Below are positions 19,956-30,150 of a stretch of 64,000 nucleotides of DNA, piece after piece (position 1 is the first letter of the stretch; every line of letters begins with the position of its first letter). The notes under the pieces were generated by a model, which saw only the letters and a list, made by a program, of their open reading frames with translations, made no database searches and was not told the DNA's origin. Origin of the DNA: an uncultured delta proteobacterium (GTDB taxonomy: Bacteria > Desulfobacterota > Binatia > UBA9968); NCBI GenBank assembly GCA_963745835.1, contig CAVUZH010000016.1, forward strand, positions 416,001 to 480,000, written 5' to 3'. The position numbers and the translations under genes are program-made.

Positions 19956-21002
19956 CTAAAATGGCCCGCGAAATTCGAACTCCGCAAGGTCTTTCCGTTC
20001 CTGCGGCAACCAAGCGTTTTTGCCTCCTTTGACCAGATCATAGGCGGTCGATGCGATGGTGCGTGCGTTTGGATAATAGAGCTCCTCCAGAACCGGAGTC
20101 GGCGGGCAGGTCACCGGCGCATATCCTAGACGTTGGACAGCCACTTGCCTGTCGTGTTGCAGCCTTTCTATTACCTGGCTGACTATTTCCGCGCCAGCAC
20201 CGCAGATTGTCCATCCATTGTCGACGACACACAGACGGCCGGTTTTTCGCGCGGATTTTACGATCGTGTCGATGTCAAGCGGGCTAAGCCAGACGGGATC
20301 GATCACTTCCGCATCGATGCCGGTTGATGCAAGGTAATCACGCGCTCTCAGACATTCCAATACCATGTACGAAATTCCGACAAGTGTAATATCTTGGCCT
20401 TGCGCTAAAACGCGGGCTTTGCCAGCTGGAACGGCGTATTCGGATTCAGGAACCACGCCTTTTTGGAAATGGAGAATCCGATGCTCAACATAGATGACCG
20501 GATCACCATCGCGGATCGCCTGGATCAAGCATCCCTTTGCATCATAAGGATTGGCCGGCGCAACCACTTTCAGGCCGGGAATGTGCATGAAGAGCGAGTG
20601 TAATCCCTGGGAATGCTGAGCGCCCTGCCCCCAACTCTTCCCGATCATGCAGCGAACAACCATCGGGACATGAACTTGACCGCCGTACATGTAGCGACTC
20701 TTGGCCGCGATGTTCACCAATTGATTCATCGCCAACAGCATGAAATCCATGCGGATGTGAACGTGAATCGGCCGCAGTCCCGCTAAAGCCATTCCAATGG
20801 CGACTCCGGTCATGGCGTCCTCGGAAAGTGGAGTTCCGAAGACACGTTGCGGGCCATATTTTTCAAGCAGCCCGCGCGTGGTTCCTTGGATTGCCTTGGG
20901 ATCGTCGACATCGAGACCAAAAATCACCACTGATCCGTCTCGCGCCATCTCCTGATCCGTAGCTTCGCGAATCGCGTCGATATACGACAGAGTGCGTTCC
21001 AT
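19956..21002 (-). CDS. ThDP-dependent 2-oxoacid dehydrogenase E1 beta-like subunit
   Basis: TPLSE, GAQHSQ, IPGLKVVAP, KTGRL. Confidence 0.9.
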   Translation of the reverse strand: MERTLSYIDAIREATDQEMARDGSVVIFGLDVDDPKAIQGTTRGLLEKYGPQRVFGTPLSEDAMTGVAIGMALAGLRPIHVHIRMDFMLLAMNQLVNIAAKSRYMYGGQVHVPMVVRCMIGKSWGQGAQHSQGLHSLFMHIPGLKVVAPANPYDAKGCLIQAIRDGDPVIYVEHRILHFQKGVVPESEYAVPAGKARVLAQGQDITLVGISYMVLECLRARDYLASTGIDAEVIDPVWLSPLDIDTIVKSARKTGRLCVVDNGWTICGAGAEIVSQVIERLQHDRQVAVQRLGYAPVTCPPTPVLEELYYPNARTIASTAYDLVKGGKNAWLPQERKDLAEFEFRGPF

Positions 21003-21941
21003 TTAGTCGCCGATCACATCCATATATAACTCTTCCGGTTGTGGATACGGGCTTTCCTCCGCAAAGCGGATGGCCGCACTGATTTCCTCTTCCACTTCGG
21101 TTTTCAACCGGCTGCAAGCTTCCGCTGACAGAAGGCATTCTATCCGCGGCAACGCGTCGCGTTCGAGCCACGGGCTCGCTTCTTGCCGGCTCCGGTAACC
21201 CAAATCAAAATCTTCGTTCGGGCCGACGTGTTCTTTCCAACGATATGTAAGGCATTCAAAAAAATACGGCCCACTCCGGCCTGCGCGCATGAGGTCCGCC
21301 GCGGCATTAATCCGGTTATAAAGCCGCTGCGTATCGCCATCGCCGATCTGCTCCGCTACGATGCCATGGGCTTTGGCCTTGTCGCACGGGTTCGGAGCCT
21401 TCTGACGACGCGATATATGAGTATGGATGGCGTAGAAATTATTCTCGCAGACAAAAATCACCGGGAGCTCCTTCAGGGCGGCGAAATTAAGGCTCTCGTG
21501 AAAAACCCCCTCCTCGGTCGCTCCATCGCCAAAAAAACTCACGACGACATTTTTTCTCTTCTGTAGTTTCATGGCGTACGCATAACCGACCGCATTAGGG
21601 ATAGTCGTTCCGACGACTGCCGAGGCTCCCATGACACCGTGAGCGACATCAACGAGGTGCATCGACCCACCCTTTCCTTTCGCGCACCCTGTAGCCTTGC
21701 CGTAAAGCTCAGCGAACATTTTTTTTAAGTCACCGCCTTTAGCCAAATAGTACGCGTGACTTCGATAACTGCCAAAGACGGTGTCGTCGGACCGCAGAGC
21801 CTCGCACACCCCCACGGCTATCCACTCCTGACCGATTGAGAGATGCACGGGACTTTTGATCTTATCGGTGGGATAAATCCGGGCAATCTCTTCCTCCACC
21901 CGGCGGATCCGATATAGAGATCTAAAAATACGTTCGTTCAT
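21003..21941 (-). CDS. ThDP-dependent E1 alpha-like subunit
   Basis: HLSIGQE, YRSH, GKGGSMH, GDGA...ENN ThDP motif, TYRWKEHVG. Confidence 0.9.
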   Translation of the reverse strand: MNERIFRSLYRIRRVEEEIARIYPTDKIKSPVHLSIGQEWIAVGVCEALRSDDTVFGSYRSHAYYLAKGGDLKKMFAELYGKATGCAKGKGGSMHLVDVAHGVMGASAVVGTTIPNAVGYAYAMKLQKRKNVVVSFFGDGATEEGVFHESLNFAALKELPVIFVCENNFYAIHTHISRRQKAPNPCDKAKAHGIVAEQIGDGDTQRLYNRINAAADLMRAGRSGPYFFECLTYRWKEHVGPNEDFDLGYRSRQEASPWLERDALPRIECLLSAEACSRLKTEVEEEISAAIRFAEESPYPQPEELYMDVIGD

Positions 21942-21945
21942 GAGG

Positions 21946-22882
21946 TTATATATTCCTGTGACAAGTCTCGAGGTACCACTGGTAGGTTTTTTCCAGACCT
22001 AAACGCAGTGATATCTTTGGCTGCCATCCAAGAGCGAAAAGCTCGCTGGAATCCAGCGACTTCAACGGCATACCGTCCGGCTTCTTCGGGTCAAAGCGTA
22101 GCTCTCCGGAGTACCCGACTACTTCTTTAATCAGTTCGGCAATCTCCCTGATTGACGCGTCTGAGCCGCTTCCCAGATTGATCGGCACTGAGCTGCTATA
22201 ATGGTTCATCAAGAAAATGGCTGCATCAGCGACGTCGGCGACATAAATAAATTCCCGGCGCGGCGAACCCGATCCCCAGACTTCGACATTATCCGCTTGG
22301 GAAAGCTTTGCCTGATGCATTTTGCACCATCAAGGCGGCAATCACATGCGAGTCCTCGACGCCAAAGTCGTCGCCTGGTCCAAAGACATTGGCGGGAATG
22401 GCGCTGATCATATCGATGCCATGTTGCTGCCGATATGCTTGACTCAATTTGATCCCGGCAAGCTTAGCGGTCGCATAAGCCTCGTTAGTAGACTCCAGAA
22501 CTCCCGTCATCAAAGACGAAACCTGCATGGGTTGCAAGCAAGCTCGCGGATAGCAGCAGGAGCTGCCCATATAAAGCAATTTCTTAACGCCGCAACGACA
22601 CGCACTGTCGATGACATGGCAATCCACAAGCAAATTATTCAGCATCAGATCCGCCGGGAGTTTTTGATTAGCGCCGATGCCGCCCGACTTGCCGCCTACA
22701 GCAAAAACATATTCAGGCACAGTCCGTAAGAAAAAAGCTTCGACCTCTCGGGCATCGATTAACGAAGGTTTTCCAGGATCGCCGAGAAGATTCTCATAGC
22801 CGTCCGCTCTCAACCGTGTTCTGATGGCCTCTCCGATGAGTCCATGGTCGTCCGCAATAAAGATTCTCGCGTCCTTCTCCAT
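21946..22882 (-). CDS. fcl: GDP-L-fucose synthase / GDP-4-keto-sugar epimerase-reductase family; split by a 1-nt frameshift near 22325
   Basis: ORF 22289-22882 (GGIGAN, GSSCCYP, YATAK, SHVIAAL) plus ORF 21946-22320 (WGSGSPRREF, KPDG) form one Fcl. Confidence 0.85.
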
Positions 22883-22930
22883 TTATAAGCGAATAGAAAT
22901 CGAGGGTGCCAAGCTGTAGGGCTGGTCCGT

Positions 22931-24004
22931 CTACAAATCTCTGTCCAATCGGTCATTCAGTTCGCCGACAAAATCGTATTCCCGTGAATCGCGAATTTTT
23001 TCTTCGGCCGAGTAATCCTTTTCGTGATCGTAGAAAATGATTTGACTCCCAGAGAAATCAAAATGAAACGGGACCGATATAAACTTTTTGAGCGCCTCTT
23101 TAACTTGATTGTGTTTGCCCGGAGGCACAAACAGGAGCATAAAACCTCCGCCGCCGGCGCCCAGCAACTTTCCCCCGAGAGCGCCGTTCGCGATGGCGTG
23201 CGCATAGAGCTCATCGACGTAGCTGTTTGAAACTCTCGCGCTCAGGCTGCGCTTGGCTTGCCATCCCTCGTCGAGGAGAGTGCCAAAAGCAGTTATATCC
23301 CGCCCATTATTTAGAACTGCGAGGCTTTCTTCGACCAGACCTTTCATGATGCGCAATTGGCTTCTTTTTCCGTCGACATCGGCAACGTAACTGCCGGCAA
23401 CATCCGAGGCGGTGCGCTCTATGCCTGTATAGAAAAGCATTAGATGAGAGCTTAACTCGCGCAGGCGATCCCCTGATAACGTAATCGGTTTGACGGTGAT
23501 TTCACCGTCTTGGGAAAAAACCACATGATTGAATCCGCCAAATGCCGCCAAAACCTGATCCTGCGAACCGACGGTTTCCTTGATCATCTCCTGTTCGATC
23601 TGAATGCTTTCCGCCGCCAGTTGTCGCTTGGTCGGCATCTGTCCCTTGAGAGCGTACAAGGCGTGCAACAAACCCACCGTAAAGGCAGAACTTGAGCCCA
23701 TGCCGCTCCGAGCCGGAAGGTCACCATCGTGGTGAATCTCCACGCCTCGATCAATTTTTAAGTAACGCAGCACTTCACGCACGGCGGGATGAGCGATTTC
23801 ATCGACGATTTGGCAGTTCTCAATCTGCGAATAGACAACGCGAATCCTATGTTTAAAAAACGGCGGAAGGTAACGGCAGGTGAGATAGCAGTATTTGTCG
23901 ATGGTTGCGCCCAGCACCGTGCCGCCGTGGTCGCGGTACCATGCAGGGTAATCGGTGCCACCACCAAAGAAAGAAATACGAAATGGCGTCCTGCTAATGA
24001 TCAT
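22931..24004 (-). CDS. hddA: D-glycero-D-manno-heptose 7-phosphate kinase
   Basis: TPFRISFFGGGTD, PARSGMGSSS, GSQDQ, GAGGGGF. Confidence 0.9.
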   Translation of the reverse strand: MIISRTPFRISFFGGGTDYPAWYRDHGGTVLGATIDKYCYLTCRYLPPFFKHRIRVVYSQIENCQIVDEIAHPAVREVLRYLKIDRGVEIHHDGDLPARSGMGSSSAFTVGLLHALYALKGQMPTKRQLAAESIQIEQEMIKETVGSQDQVLAAFGGFNHVVFSQDGEITVKPITLSGDRLRELSSHLMLFYTGIERTASDVAGSYVADVDGKRSQLRIMKGLVEESLAVLNNGRDITAFGTLLDEGWQAKRSLSARVSNSYVDELYAHAIANGALGGKLLGAGGGGFMLLFVPPGKHNQVKEALKKFISVPFHFDFSGSQIIFYDHEKDYSAEEKIRDSREYDFVGELNDRLDRDL

Positions 24005-24564
24005 TGATCACGCACCTTTCTAAAGATCCTGTCGATGACTTCCACGGCTGCGGGCAGATCATCGACGATGTAATCCGGCGCAACCTTCTGCTCAGAAGCT
24101 ACTTGAGCCCCATAGCCCGTGCGTACCAGCATCGTCATAGCTCCAACCCGGCAACCCATCTCGATATCGCTCAACTTGTCACCAATAACAATGCTGCCTG
24201 ACAAATCAAAGTTCAAATCGTCCGATGCCTTTTGGATTAATCCAGGGCGCGGTTTACGGCAGAAACATTGGTCTTGAGGAGTATGCGGGCAAAAATAGAG
24301 ACCATCGAGAGTTATCTCTTCAGCACGCAGCATCTCTAAAAACCTGTCATGAATCCGCGTCAACTGCGCTTCATCAAAATATCCCCGTCCGACCGCCGAT
24401 TGATTGGTAATGACAACCAGCCCGAGGCCCATGGCACCGAGATCCCGGAGCGCCTTGCCTGCCCCGGGAATCAGCGCAATCTGTTTCGGATCCGACAGGT
24501 AAGACACCTCTTCGATGATCGTGCCATCCCTATCGAGTACTACAAACCGCCGTTTCACGTTCAT
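24001..24564 (-). CDS. gmhB: Heptose 1,7-bisphosphate phosphatase
   Basis: LDRDGT, ITNQS, CPH...CFCRKP, IGDKLSD. Confidence 0.9.
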   Translation of the reverse strand: MNVKRRFVVLDRDGTIIEEVSYLSDPKQIALIPGAGKALRDLGAMGLGLVVITNQSAVGRGYFDEAQLTRIHDRFLEMLRAEEITLDGLYFCPHTPQDQCFCRKPRPGLIQKASDDLNFDLSGSIVIGDKLSDIEMGCRVGAMTMLVRTGYGAQVASEQKVAPDYIVDDLPAAVEVIDRIFRKVRDQ

Positions 24565-25282
24565 TGATCGCCGCAAAAAATTGTTCGGCGGCAGCAAAAT
24601 CCTCCGGCGTGCCGATATCGAGAAAACGTCCCCGCTCCTGATAACCATAAAGCCCGTGGTTCATCAGGGTGGGGAAAATGTCATGTTCCAGTGAAACAAC
24701 GGTATCTTCGGCGATCGAGCGGATAACCCGACGGCTAAGCAAATACACGCCGGCGTTAATCGACCCTGAACCGCCTTGTTTTTTTTCGACAAATTGGGTC
24801 ACAGTCCCGTCAGAATCAATCTTTACCGAGCCGTAACGCTCTGTGTTCGGCACCTCGGCCAACAACATCGTCGCTTGGGAACCGCGGTTACAATGCCAAG
24901 CCCACAAGCTGGTCAAATCCGTCGCGCAGAATGAGTCTCCGTTCATGACCAGAACAGGATCGGACAGAAGATAGGGCGAAGCCAATCGTAGAGCGCCGCC
25001 CGTGCCTAGAGGCCGCGTTTCGCGCGAATATGAAATCTGCAATTTTCGATATCTTTTTCCGAATGTTTGCTCGATCTGTTCTCCCATATGTCCGGTACAT
25101 AACACAACTCTAGAAGATCCTGCATTTGATAACTGGTCCAGCAAGTATGTCAAAAAAGGCCGCCCATGAATCTCCGCCAGTGCTTTTGGCCGGTCCGAGA
25201 CCACTGGAAGCAACCGTGTTCCTAATCCACCTGCGAGCACTGCCACGCTGAGATCTGAAAAAGCGTTGACGTCCTGCCCCAC
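24530..25282 (-). CDS. hddC: Heptose-1-phosphate guanylyltransferase
   Basis: LAGGLGTRL...PKAL, LGTGGA, MNGDS, FLDIGTPED. Confidence 0.85.
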   Translation of the reverse strand: MGQDVNAFSDLSVAVLAGGLGTRLLPVVSDRPKALAEIHGRPFLTYLLDQLSNAGSSRVVLCTGHMGEQIEQTFGKRYRKLQISYSRETRPLGTGGALRLASPYLLSDPVLVMNGDSFCATDLTSLWAWHCNRGSQATMLLAEVPNTERYGSVKIDSDGTVTQFVEKKQGGSGSINAGVYLLSRRVIRSIAEDTVVSLEHDIFPTLMNHGLYGYQERGRFLDIGTPEDFAAAEQFFAAINERETAVCSTR

Positions 25283-25309
25283 TACGATTTCTCTTCGCCC
25301 TGAACAAAA

Positions 25310-26248
25310 CTAAATATTCGCGAACTCAGCCCGGCCCATCATGCGATATCCCTTCAGTAACTCCTGGATACCTGAGTCCAATGAGCGTTTGGCTTCGAAG
25401 CCAGCATCTCGCAGGCGTTGGTTGGAAACGATGTAATTGCGTTTATCCGGATCGGTTCCGACCTGGCCGAAGTGAATGTAAAAATTAGGCACGTATTCTT
25501 TTATCTTCAATGCCAGCGCTTCTTTGGAAAGGTTGGCGCTATCGAGTCCAGCATTATAGGGTCGACCCGCCATTTTCTTGCCGTTTTCTATGCAATGAAT
25601 GAAGCAATCCGCCACATCGCGTATATGGATGTAATTCCGTTTGAAATCTTTTTCGAAGATAACAATATAGCCGTCCGTGACGGCGGCATAGACAAAGTGA
25701 TTGACTAGCAGATCAAGACGCATGCGAGGCGACATGCCAAAAACCGTTGCAAGGCGCAGCGTAACCGTATTGGTCCTTTCCAGGATCTCCGCTTCAGCCT
25801 CGGTCTTTGTTTGGCCATAAAGCGAAATCGGCTCGAGCGGAGTGTCCTCGGTACAGAAGACATCTCCCGATTTGGTGCCATAGCCGCTGTTTGTGGTTGG
25901 ATAAACGATCAACTGATCGTTGCTGCGTAGACGCGCAAGCAGTCTGATAGCTTCAAGATTGACCGACCGAGCCAACCAGGGATCACGATCGCATGCCGGC
26001 GCGCCGACTATGGCCGCAAGAGGAATCAGCACGTCCGCATCTTTGACCAGACGACGTATAAGACCTTCGTCGCGAACGTCTCCGACGACGAAGTCAAACC
26101 GCGGATTGGCGCAGAGATGAAACAGGGTTCGTTGCCGATAGGTGAGGCTATCGGCTGCGGTAACGTGAAACCCGGCCGCGAGCAAATGCTCGCACAAAAC
26201 AGATCCTAGATATCCGGCGGCGCCGGTTACAACGACGTGGACTGGCAT
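25310..26248 (-). CDS. GDP-D-glycero-D-manno-heptose 4-dehydrogenase-like extended SDR (Cj1427/WcaG-like)
   Basis: IPLAAIVGAPAC, YPTTNSGYG, RLATVFGMSPRMRLDLLVN, DPDKRNY and C-terminal FAN match the recalled Cj1427 motifs. Confidence 0.8.
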   Translation of the reverse strand: MPVHVVVTGAAGYLGSVLCEHLLAAGFHVTAADSLTYRQRTLFHLCANPRFDFVVGDVRDEGLIRRLVKDADVLIPLAAIVGAPACDRDPWLARSVNLEAIRLLARLRSNDQLIVYPTTNSGYGTKSGDVFCTEDTPLEPISLYGQTKTEAEAEILERTNTVTLRLATVFGMSPRMRLDLLVNHFVYAAVTDGYIVIFEKDFKRNYIHIRDVADCFIHCIENGKKMAGRPYNAGLDSANLSKEALALKIKEYVPNFYIHFGQVGTDPDKRNYIVSNQRLRDAGFEAKRSLDSGIQELLKGYRMMGRAEFANI

Positions 26249-26458
26249 TGGTGCTTGAAAGTTCCTTTGATTCGCAAATTACGGAGCCGCGTCATCTTAC
26301 TACCACATTAGAGTCATGTATTGAAACGGTTAGCGGACTTTTTTATGTCGCGAAAGTGACCCATTTAGTCTGAATGCCTTGAAGGAACGATTTTTCGGGT
26401 GTTAGTTCGCGGGAACAGGCGACCCCTGTCAAAACCGAGGGAACGTTCCCATTGCGGC

Positions 26459-28778
26459 TCACTTGAGTGAACTCTGCTCGGAGCCACCTAGGCCGAGCAA
26501 GCTCACAGCGAAGTTGAAAGTAGTCTTGGCAGGATTGATGTCGCGGTGTACGCCCACCGTTAAAGTCCAACACTCGCAGCGAGAGAGAAGCTTGGCGGCG
26601 GCTCGGACGTTTAAGAAGCGGTTTTCTCGCGCATCGTATGTCGTATTGACGTTAGTTAACAGGTGTTCAGTTAAATGATAGAGACCTCCCAAGACCAAAT
26701 TGCCAACGGTGGTCTTGTTCACAACTGATGGGCAAGCGGGATCGAATGGATTATCGACGCAGTCAATGTTGGCGTTCTCGGCCAAGAAGCCATTAACCCC
26801 CCTGCTCAGGTAATGGTAACCGATGCTGATTGAGTTAGGGCGGTTGAAATCTGCGTCCAAATAGAGACGCGTCGGCGGTCGAGGATCGCTAAACGTAACA
26901 TTCGCACGCGCTTGAGTTATCTCCCAGGGTCCGGGGTCAAATCCGCCATCAAAAGTAAAGCTGAGATAATTTGACGGGGTGAGATACAGGTTTATATCCA
27001 AGTCGGAGAGGGTATCACCGCCTTTTCGCTCTTTGTCGATGTCATACGTTAACGCAAATCTCAAAGATCCCATATTGCGCACATCTCCGCCGAGACCGAC
27101 ATTAAACGGTTCGACCCGTTGATCAGCGTCGAGAACTGTCAGGGGACTGATAGGTTTGCCTAAGAAGCGATTCGTTACGCCGAAGGTAACAACGTTCCTG
27201 CGGCGAACTCGATCGATGTCGTCCATGATTGGAATTCGACTCTGGTCCGTACCAGGAACAAACAGATAACTCAACTCAGGCTCAACCACATGCTTGATTC
27301 TGCTGAGTCCTAAGCCGCTCCATGGAAACACCCGACCAAGCGATGTGCCGATATTGCCGCGGATTTCAACAAGCTCACGGGACACGTTGTGGTCGGAAGA
27401 CTGGACCGTTTCATAGAGATGGTATAGCGTCTGGCGCGGCGCAACCGAGAAGGAACCAAACAGGGACGACATTCGCAGCGGCAGCAGAAGTTCCGGCCGA
27501 AGATCCAAACGCATGCCATCGCCGCCTTGTCTCCGGATGTAATTGACGCCTTCTGCTCGCCAGCGCATTTCCAACGGAAAATCTTCCAAGCCTTTTCTTC
27601 CCCAAAAAGAAATTTGTGGCGTTCGATGCAAAGTCGTCGCATCCGGCTGGACGAAATCCTGATAGAAATTCCATTCGCCTTGTAGATGAGTGTCTCCCCA
27701 GCTCCTGAAAACCCCGAATCTAGAAGTGGCATACCGGCTGCTTCGGATGTCGCCTTGCGCCGTCGGCGAAAGGTCGAAGCGTTCCACCAACTCTCTTGTA
27801 AATAGATCGTCTCCGTAAGCGGCAATGTCGCTATAGGTCAGCCAGTTTGAAGCGAAGTCATGCCGATGCGTTCCCATGACTCCCCAGCGATCAATAGGGA
27901 TCTCCGGGTCCGCGATAGTCGAATCGGCAATGGACCGCTGGTCGCGCAGTCGTTCGTTGAAATAACTGGTTTGTAAGAGGAAATCGGAGTCACGATCAAA
28001 GAGCGTGCGGAATTCGTTCAAAAAACCGTAGCGCGCCTCGCTCTGATAATCGAACGCCAATGTGGTATCGGTGCTTTTGGAGATAGCCCAGAAGAAAGGC
28101 TGCTGAAAACGGAAACCTTCTTCCGTCGAAGTGCCGAATTTTGGGAACAGGAAACCGGTTTGCCGCTCGGTTTTCAACGGGAAGAACCCGTAAGGGAGGT
28201 AAAAAACCGGGATGTCATAGATATAGAAATAGCCGTTTCTTGATCGTTCCCAGGCCACCCGCTGTGAGGTCGAGTTGTTCGGCCGAAAACCTCCATGGGG
28301 CCGGACCCGATTCGCACAGGCAGGTGGTAAAGAAGCCTTCATCAACGTGATAGGTCTGGCCGCCCAACTTCTGAAATCGGCGGCCGCTTATGCTGATGTG
28401 CCCTTGTTCAATAAACAGGTCGGCGTTGGTAATTTCGCCGGTTTCGTTGCCCAGGTTTAGCCGTATGGACTCTGCGGAATTTATTTTCCATTCGGGATCG
28501 TCCAGCGAAATCTTTCCTGTCGCCTCAATGTCTTGAGTGGTCCGGTTTACATTAATTTGCTCGGCCTTAAGTGTGGTTCCTTGGCGCTCGATCTCGACGT
28601 TGCCGCTGGCTTCGATCTGAGCGCCGCTTTCGCTGACCGTCAACTTGTCAGCCGTCATGTTGATTTGATCGTCCGAGCCGCTACCTCGCTGGGTTGTTTG
28701 TGCCTGCCCATAACCTGCGCCTGCGGACAAACACCACAGGGCGAAAATATTGATGAGAAGAATTTTTCTTGGCTTCAT
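26459..28778 (-). CDS. lptD: LPS-assembly protein LptD; 1-nt frameshift near 28237
   Basis: Signal peptide plus OstA-like N-terminus (ADKL, GNVEI, FTTC...PW); downstream PVFYLPY...RQTGFLFP beta-barrel. Confidence 0.9.
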
Positions 28779-28798
28779 TTTCTACGGCCGGGGAGAAC

Positions 28799-30103
28799 TC
28801 AGTTGAAGTTACTGTGCCCAGATTGTCTTGTCTGCGCCATGGTTGTGAGCAGAGGGCGTACTTCGCCAAGCAGGTAAAGCGATCCTGTGATGACGATCAC
28901 TTCATTGGGTGCGGCGCCTTGGACGAGAGATTCGACAGCTAAACGGGGATCCGGAATAACTTGAGACTGCAGTTTGCCAGCCACTTGCTGTTGCAACTGA
29001 ACCGGGTCAGCGCTCCTTTCCAGTTGACTGACTCGAGTAAAAACGATCTCGTCCACGACTCCTGCCAGAGTGTCGAGCATGAATCGCCAGTCTTTATCCT
29101 CCATGACGGCAAACAACACTCTTATTCGTCGGCCACCCCGCAACTGGCGAAGTTCATCGATTAGAACGTCAATGCCTTCCCTATTATGCGCGCCATCAAT
29201 GATCACGGTCGGATCCGTTAAGATCACTTCCATCCGTCCAGGCCATGATACATTTTGCAAACCAGAACGTATTGCTACCTCGCTGGCGGGGAATCGATCG
29301 TCAACGACCTCCAGCGCCGCAGTGGCAACACCGGCGTTACGAATTTGATGCGCGCCGCGCAGCGCCACTGTGAGATCCGGCAAATTCCATTTCGCACTCT
29401 TATAGTCGAAAGCGCCGTTGCTTTTCAACTTTAAAGTGAAGTTTTGTCCCAATCGGTAGCTTGCAGCTTGGTTCTTATGAGCTATCTCCTCGATTACCTC
29501 CGTAGCTTCCGGCGGCAGAGAGCCACAGACGACCGGAACCCCTTTCTTGATGATGCCGGCCTTCTCCCGCGCGATGGAAGCTATATCAGAGCCGAGAAAA
29601 GCTTCATGGTCTTTAGAGATAGTCGTGATAACGGATACGATTGAGTGAACTAGATTAGTGGCATCGAATCGACCGCCAAGCCCCACTTCGATCACTGCCA
29701 GGTCAATCTGTCGGCGGGCAAAATATACCAATGCCATCACCGTTACGATTTCAAAAAACGTCAAGAGAATATTAGTCGCCTCTGTTCGGCGCCAAATTTC
29801 GTTGGCGAGCGCGACAACTTCATCCGGCGTAATTTCTTCGTCGCCAATGCGCATACGTTCGGTGAAGGAGACCAAATGCGGAGAGGTATACAGCGCGGTG
29901 CGATAACCGGCGCAGCAGAGGATTCGATGCAGCATCGCGGCAGTCGATCCTTTACCGTTGGTGCCGGCAATGTGAACAGAAGGAAATGTTTTCTCCGGAT
30001 GATCAAACAGCGCCAGCGCCCGTTCCATCCGCTCCAGGCGCAAATCGATAATGCCGCCGCGCAGGTTATAAATTCGATTCAGAGTTTCTAGGTAGGCATC
30101 CAT
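28799..30103 (-). CDS. folC: Folylpolyglutamate synthase / dihydrofolate synthase
   Basis: HIAGTNGKGS, YTSPHL, EVGLGGRFDATN, DGAHN. Confidence 0.97.
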   Translation of the reverse strand: MDAYLETLNRIYNLRGGIIDLRLERMERALALFDHPEKTFPSVHIAGTNGKGSTAAMLHRILCCAGYRTALYTSPHLVSFTERMRIGDEEITPDEVVALANEIWRRTEATNILLTFFEIVTVMALVYFARRQIDLAVIEVGLGGRFDATNLVHSIVSVITTISKDHEAFLGSDIASIAREKAGIIKKGVPVVCGSLPPEATEVIEEIAHKNQAASYRLGQNFTLKLKSNGAFDYKSAKWNLPDLTVALRGAHQIRNAGVATAALEVVDDRFPASEVAIRSGLQNVSWPGRMEVILTDPTVIIDGAHNREGIDVLIDELRQLRGGRRIRVLFAVMEDKDWRFMLDTLAGVVDEIVFTRVSQLERSADPVQLQQQVAGKLQSQVIPDPRLAVESLVQGAAPNEVIVITGSLYLLGEVRPLLTTMAQTRQSGHSNFN

Positions 30104-30150
30104 AGGGTTTGATACTCATCCGGGAGAGGGTGCCTGTAGGAACCGGGGCT

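Noticed and set aside
19956-21941. E1 alpha/beta as central pyruvate dehydrogenase
   Set aside because: No E2 or E3 nearby, and the pair is embedded in a nucleotide-sugar operon; a carboligase role is more plausible.
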